Source: Armatimonadota bacterium
GTDB taxonomy: Bacteria > Armatimonadota > Fervidibacteria > Fervidibacterales > Fervidibacteraceae
Length of the DNA stretch: 40,361 nt
NCBI GenBank assembly: GCA_037446235.1
Contig: JBBIJA010000002.1
Span: 1 to 40,361, forward strand
Direction: 5' to 3'
A model generated the notes under the pieces. That model was given only the letters and a program-made list of their open reading frames with translations, did no database searches and was not told the origin of the DNA. Position numbers and translations under genes: made by a program. Positions 35,702 to 40,361 of the stretch are shown one piece after another; the stretch's first letter is position 1; every line of letters begins with the position of its first letter.

Positions 35702-36163
35702 ATGGCGGAAACGATTTTAGCCGAGCAAATCGCCCGTGTCCCCGTAGAGCAAGCCTTTGCGACGGCTCGGCAAATAGAGCGCTTCCCCGAATGGTTGGAC
35801 TATGTGAAGGCGATTAAAGTGCGGGAACGCAGTGAAGAAGGGCGGGTCATCGTGAGCGAATGGGAAGCGGCGGTTCCGATGCTGGGCTTGAAAGCCCGTT
35901 GGGTGGAACGGGACGAATGGGATGAAACGGCGAAGGTTTGCCGTTTTGCCCTTTTGGACGGTGACCTGGACAAATACGAAGGCGAATGGACTTTTGAGCC
36001 ACATCCCGACGGGACGCTCATGCGGCTGCGGGTGGATTACGAGTATAAGGTTCCCATCGGCGGGGCGCTGGTGCAGCAGTTGGTCAAAAAAATCGTGGAA
36101 CAGATGACCCAAAAGTTGCTTTCTGGGATCGCCCACGCCGCTGAACACATCGGTGCGGGATGA
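35702..36163 (+). CDS. SRPBCC / polyketide cyclase-dehydrase family protein
   Basis: IERFPEWL..VK..GDLDKYEGEWTFEP..T.MRL.VDYE. Confidence 0.88.
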   Translation: MAETILAEQIARVPVEQAFATARQIERFPEWLDYVKAIKVRERSEEGRVIVSEWEAAVPMLGLKARWVERDEWDETAKVCRFALLDGDLDKYEGEWTFEPHPDGTLMRLRVDYEYKVPIGGALVQQLVKKIVEQMTQKLLSGIAHAAEHIGAG

Positions 36164-36166
36164 GTG

Positions 36167-36175
36167 TGTTATAAT
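36167..36175 (+). promoter_or_regulatory. Extended -10 promoter for rpsF-ssb-rpsR
   Basis: TG-T-TATAAT, perfect consensus. Confidence 0.75.
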
Positions 36176-36223
36176 TGCTGTGGGAAAGCGGAGCACTCAT
36201 AGCGTCACATTGGAGGGACAAGG

Positions 36224-36673
36224 ATGAGCGAAACGGAACAAAAGACGGTTGAACTGACGCCCGAGGAATCGACGGGAACAGCGACGGCGGTAGAAGCCCC
36301 TGCCGCTGAAGCGACCGATGTGGCAACCGCCAAGACCCCTGTCCCGACCGAAGAGCTGGAGCGCAGGCAAGAACCCGCCGAGGGCAGTCGCAGCTATGAA
36401 CTGATTTTCCTTGTGGATGCGGGACTGCCCAAAGAAGAACTGAACGCCGTCATTGAGAAAGTGCAATCGTTCCTTGAGCGGAACGGGGGCGTGGTGGATA
36501 ACATCCGCACATCCGATGTGCGGCGGCTGTCTTATGAAATCAAAAAACGCACCCACGGCATCTATGTCGTCGTCAACTTCTGGCAGAAGCCCCCTTCCAT
36601 CACGGAATTGGAGCGGCTGTTGCGGTTGGAAGAACGGGTTTTGCGCCACATGGTCATCCAGACACGGGCGTAA
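36224..36673 (+). CDS. rpsF: 30S ribosomal protein S6 with long acidic N-terminal extension
   Basis: RSYELIFLV..RRLSYEIKK..GIYVV..ELERLLRLEERVLRHMV; GGAGG RBS 7 nt before ATG. Confidence 0.96.
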   Translation: MSETEQKTVELTPEESTGTATAVEAPAAEATDVATAKTPVPTEELERRQEPAEGSRSYELIFLVDAGLPKEELNAVIEKVQSFLERNGGVVDNIRTSDVRRLSYEIKKRTHGIYVVVNFWQKPPSITELERLLRLEERVLRHMVIQTRA

Positions 36674-36686
36674 ACCTTGGGCGTGC

Positions 36687-36746
36687 CGGTGGGCAAGGGT
36701 GCAGGCGTGCCGTCGCCTTCCCTCCCGCCCCTGCAACCTTGCACCG
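36687..36746. other. Long intergenic hairpin between rpsF and ssb
   Basis: cggt..gcaagggtgcagg pairs with cctgcaaccttgc-accg (one mismatch, one bulge). Confidence 0.6.
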
Positions 36747-36780
36747 CTATTTTATGCGCGCCTGCACAGAGGTGGGTGAA

Positions 36781-37248
36781 ATGTTCAATCGGGTCATTCT
36801 GGTCGGGCGGTTGGTGGCAGACCCGGAAGTGCGTTACACGCCGGACGGTATCATTTTCGCCACCTTCCGACTCGCTGTTGACCGTCCGGTTCGAAGGGGC
36901 ATGGAAAAGCAGACGGATTTCATCAATGTCGTCACTTTCCGCCAGCGTGCTGAGTTCGCTCAAAGCTACTTGACCAAGGGGCGATTGGTTCTGGTGGAAG
37001 GACGGTTGCAAGTGCGCAGCTATACCGACCGCACGGGAGTGCGAAGGACGGCGGCGAATGTCGTGGCGTTCAACATCCAGTTCATGGAACGCAAACCCGA
37101 GGGCGTTGCGCCCGCTGCGGCAGCGACGGGTTTGCCGACGCCGCTGGAAAGCGCAGGCTTGCCCGAACAAGATGTGCCTTTAGACGACGCCGTCTTGGAC
37201 GAACTGCCGCCCCCCGAAGAAGAGGAAGGGGAAGAATTCCCCTTCTGA
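36781..37248 (+). CDS. ssb: Single-stranded DNA-binding protein
   Basis: MFNRVILVGRLVADPEVRYT..LAVDR..KGRLVLVEGRLQ; acidic EEFPF tail. Confidence 0.98.
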   Translation: MFNRVILVGRLVADPEVRYTPDGIIFATFRLAVDRPVRRGMEKQTDFINVVTFRQRAEFAQSYLTKGRLVLVEGRLQVRSYTDRTGVRRTAANVVAFNIQFMERKPEGVAPAAAATGLPTPLESAGLPEQDVPLDDAVLDELPPPEEEEGEEFPF

Positions 37249-37273
37249 AAAACGGTGAAAAGGAGGCAATGAA

Positions 37274-37507
37274 TTGAAACGAGCGATGACACAGCGCCGA
37301 AAAAAGAAAAAGCGCTGCCAGTGGTGCGTGGAAGGCATCCGCTTCATTGACTACAAGAGTGTCACCCGCCTGCAACGCTTCATGGACGGCAAGGGCAAGG
37401 TTTTGCCCCGCCGCCAGACGGGCAACTGCGCCCGTCACCAGCGCCAACTCGCCCATGCCATCAAACGCGCCCGCACCATCGGCTTGGTGCCGTTCGTCGT
37501 GTATTGA
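37274..37507 (+). CDS. rpsR: 30S ribosomal protein S18 (Zn-binding type)
   Basis: [33 protein letters not shown]. Confidence 0.98.
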   Translation: MKRAMTQRRKKKKRCQWCVEGIRFIDYKSVTRLQRFMDGKGKVLPRRQTGNCARHQRQLAHAIKRARTIGLVPFVVY

Positions 37508-37596
37508 TGGGATTTCGGATGCACCCCCCTTTGAAGCAACCCGTCTAACCGTTGGCGCAGCAGCACGGTGCGATGAAATGACAGGAGGGATATGAG

Positions 37597-38373
37597 ATGA
37601 CACAGCGCTCCCACAAACGAGGGGCTGTCCGCTCTGGTTTCACCCTCATTGAGTTGCTGGTGGTGATAGCGATTATCGCCATTCTGGCAGGCATCCTGTT
37701 CCCCGTCTTCAGTAAAGCCCGCGAGAAAGCGCGGCAAGCCGCCTGCCTGTCCAACATCCGCCAGCTTGGCATGGCAACCCTCCAGTATCAACTGGATTAC
37801 GACGGTTACTTCCCTGCCTTCATGTGGTGCTCCACCGGATTTCATCGCGGCGAACTGTTCCCCTACGTGCTACAGCCTTACATCCATAACTGGCAGATAT
37901 TCGCTTGCCCCAGCGACGGCGATATTTGGAACACCTGGTGGTGGACAGGGCGCGGCGACTGGAACTGTCAGCAAAACCGACCTTTTACGATTTACCCCCT
38001 GGATGGCTTAAGCTATGGCATGAACGAAGTCCTGCACTTTGGCGGTATTGGGGACTATCACGATGCCAGCCTTCAACGCCCTGCCAACACCCTCCTTTAC
38101 TCCGATGCCATCTCCAGCTTGATTCCCGATTGGCACTGGTGGCCGTGCCGGGCGGTGGCGGCTCATGACGAACGGCGCGATGCCCACCTGCAAGGCATCG
38201 TCATCACCTACACGGACAGCCACGTCAAGTGGAGGCGCAATCAGCAAGTCTGGGCGGATTACCTCAACGGCGGACTCGTCATCGAACCGTCGGCAACCGC
38301 AGCGCGTTACACGCCCGATAACAACCCTTCCGTGCGTGATTGCCTCAACTGGCTGGCAAGCGTTGGATGGTGA
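37597..38373 (+). CDS. Prepilin-type N-terminal cleavage/methylation protein (DUF1559 family)
   Basis: [40 protein letters not shown]; FACPSD; H-X9-DS-HVKW. Confidence 0.95.
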   Translation: MTQRSHKRGAVRSGFTLIELLVVIAIIAILAGILFPVFSKAREKARQAACLSNIRQLGMATLQYQLDYDGYFPAFMWCSTGFHRGELFPYVLQPYIHNWQIFACPSDGDIWNTWWWTGRGDWNCQQNRPFTIYPLDGLSYGMNEVLHFGGIGDYHDASLQRPANTLLYSDAISSLIPDWHWWPCRAVAAHDERRDAHLQGIVITYTDSHVKWRRNQQVWADYLNGGLVIEPSATAARYTPDNNPSVRDCLNWLASVGW

Positions 38374-38478
38374 CCGTCAGAAAGCGGGCACCGACAAAGC
38401 CAAAGCCCATCTTAGGTAGGACTTGCGCCGTTGCTATTTCAACCGCTGTCACCTTTCAGGAAAAGTGGGACTTAACGG

Positions 38479-40361
38479 TCAGGGCAGTGAAACCTTTTCC
38501 GTCCGCTCGTTGCCTGCCGCATCCCGAACCCGAACTTCTATTGTCTTGGCGTTCTTGGACAACTTGGTCAAATCCAGAACCAGAACTTCATAGGGTTGGT
38601 CAAACACGCCGTCTTGACAAATAGCAGCCATCCACTCGCCCCCATCAGCTCGGTATTCGGCGCTGGTCAGCTGGGTGTTGTCATAACAGGGAACAAGCAA
38701 TTTTTCGCCGTCTCGTTTTGCCATCTGTCCGCTGAGGATAGGTTGGGTGTTATCTATAGTGATGGGCGCAACGATTTGCTCAGCGGTCTGCGGGTCATCG
38801 GGGTTCGCCTCCCCGTCGCTGGCGACAACCTTGAGCCAGTAAACCCCGTCGGAGAGTTTCGTCGTGTCCCATGCCAGGCTGGAAGCCTTCGTCACCGCCG
38901 GAGGAGGCGGTTTTTGTTCTTCGGCTTCCTGCCCCGACAACTCTTGACCTTCGTCATTATCTTCTTCGTTGCCCCCTTCAGGTTCCGTCTTTTGCTCTGT
39001 CGGCTTTGGTTCAGGCTTTGACGGTGGGGTTGGGGTGGCTGTGGGGATTTGTTCCCAAGTTTTGCCGTCGCGGGAATAAAAGGCTTCATAGTTCAGTCGG
39101 TCTTTGTCTGGGTCTTCTCCGCGCCAGCGGATGGTTACTTTCCCCGAAACGATGGCGCCTGCTGAAGGCTCCTGCACGGTCAACTTGGGCGGTTGGTTCT
39201 TAGGAAAATAAACGAGTTCTATTCTCTTTAGCACGGGCGCTTCCCCTTGTCCGTTGGCCTTTAGCGATACCCTCAGTTGCAGGTAACGGGCGGGCGGGCT
39301 GACGACGCTTTGTCCAGACGCAATATAACCAGGGTTCCAATCGCTCCAGGTTTTGTCGGGATAGGCGGTATTGCCTGAACGGGTTTGTAAAATCAGTCGC
39401 GCCCCTTCAGGGACTTCAGAGACGAACCGCAGCACGCCCCATCGGGCGACTTGTTGGGTGTCCAGCACAGGCGATTGATACACACCTTCTCGGTTGCGCT
39501 CCAGCCGCACCACTTCGCCAGAACCCGAAGGGATGACCCACACTTCCTCGCTGACTTGGGCAGCGGCAAGCAGGTGGGTTTGTTCGCTGTCATACAGCCA
39601 TGATGCGACGCCGTCGGCAGTGAGGCGATACAATTTGCCCGGCGCACCGGTCGCCACCAGCACGCCGTCCTTTTGACCGAACAGCGCCATGATGTGGCGT
39701 TCGGGAGTGAAGCGGCGCAACTCCCGCCAGCGCCCGTCGGGTTGCACCAAATAGACAATGGCTGAACCGCTGGTGCCGACATACAGGTTCCCTTTGCCGT
39801 CCACCGCCAATGCCTGAACGGGGTTTTTAGGGGCTTCAAAGACTGGCGTGACATTTCCGTCGGATGTCAAGCGATAGACTTTGCCGCGAGGGTTTGTGCC
39901 GATATAGATGCTCCCGTCAGGGGCTTTTGCCAACGCAAGGGCGTGCCGCTCGGGCAATTGAATGAGCGATTTCGGTTCCTCCTCGCCTTTACCAATTGTC
40001 AAGACATGTCCTTCGGGACCGGTAGCCAACACTGCCTTGCCATCTTGGAAGAAAGCGATGGACCAAACGGTGGCGTTGAGTTGACAGAGGCGTTGGGGTT
40101 TGTCCGCTCCTTTCGGCAGCCGGAAGACGAAGCCGTTGGGGGCAGTGGCAAACCAAAGGGTATCATCGGGAGCAACGGCGATAGAAGTCACGACGGCGTC
40201 GTCGGCAATTTCGGTGACAACCGTCCGGTTTCCCTGTCCATCTATCCTAAGCACGCGTGGGGGGCTAATCGTCCCGACATAAAAGCCGCCGTCTTGGTCG
40301 GGCAAAAGACAAAAGGCGCCGACGGTTTCCGATGGGTCGTAAACCGAACGGGGATGATAAC
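38479..40361 (-). CDS. Beta-propeller repeat protein with C-terminal Ig/FN3-like domains (5' partial)
   Basis: Repeats of ALA..PDG.IY.GT..G.VY; RSGNT..PD.TWSDW, SPPARYLQ; frame stays open to the window end. Confidence 0.85.
   Translation of the reverse strand, partial: YHPRSVYDPSETVGAFCLLPDQDGGFYVGTISPPRVLRIDGQGNRTVVTEIADDAVVTSIAVAPDDTLWFATAPNGFVFRLPKGADKPQRLCQLNATVWSIAFFQDGKAVLATGPEGHVLTIGKGEEEPKSLIQLPERHALALAKAPDGSIYIGTNPRGKVYRLTSDGNVTPVFEAPKNPVQALAVDGKGNLYVGTSGSAIVYLVQPDGRWRELRRFTPERHIMALFGQKDGVLVATGAPGKLYRLTADGVASWLYDSEQTHLLAAAQVSEEVWVIPSGSGEVVRLERNREGVYQSPVLDTQQVARWGVLRFVSEVPEGARLILQTRSGNTAYPDKTWSDWNPGYIASGQSVVSPPARYLQLRVSLKANGQGEAPVLKRIELVYFPKNQPPKLTVQEPSAGAIVSGKVTIRWRGEDPDKDRLNYEAFYSRDGKTWEQIPTATPTPPSKPEPKPTEQKTEPEGGNEEDNDEGQELSGQEAEEQKPPPPAVTKASSLAWDTTKLSDGVYWLKVVASDGEANPDDPQTAEQIVAPITIDNTQPILSGQMAKRDGEKLLVPCYDNTQLTSAEYRADGGEWMAAICQDGVFDQPYEVLVLDLTKLSKNAKTIEVRVRDAAGNERTEKVSLP

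Noticed and set aside
38185-38232. H-X9-DS instead of H-X9-DG in the DUF1559 protein
   Set aside because: A single substitution in a large, variable paralog family; not informative alone.
1-40361. CRISPR array, prophage, intact IS/transposase, integron integrase, rRNA
   Set aside because: No regularly spaced repeats or hallmark genes seen. The many short antisense ORFs are shadows of GC-rich coding regions.

Overview
Bacterial chromosomal window of moderately high GC. The gene content (DUF1559 prepilin-like protein, very large multidomain glycoside hydrolases, many small toxin-antitoxin genes) suggests an Armatimonadota / Ca. Fervidibacter-like organism; this is inference only. The backbone is housekeeping genes (tmk, holB, nfi, obgE, rpmA, rplU, cdsA, tRNA-Glu, rpmE, DUF1385, prfA, rpsF-ssb-rpsR) plus carbohydrate-active and redox enzymes. 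Main observations beyond the ORF track: (1) a TlpA/ResA-like selenoprotein candidate with an in-frame TGA (WASW-U-RC) followed by a SECIS-like hairpin. (2) Translation operons (rplU-rpmA-obgE and rpmE-DUF1385-prfA) are interleaved with co-oriented toxin-antitoxin and restriction-modification cassettes, with no integrase or transposase in view. One array carries a second, mostly synonymously diverged copy of the DUF1385 3' end at a cassette junction. (3) A PIN toxin with an Asp-to-Asn active-site change is paired with an enlarged antitoxin containing TPR-like helices. (4) Several accessory genes are eroded by internal deletions that keep both termini. (5) An unannotated 32-aa Trp-rich membrane peptide. 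(6) Dispersed REP-like palindromes and heptamer repeats, some translated inside proteins. All family assignments come from motif recognition, not database searches.
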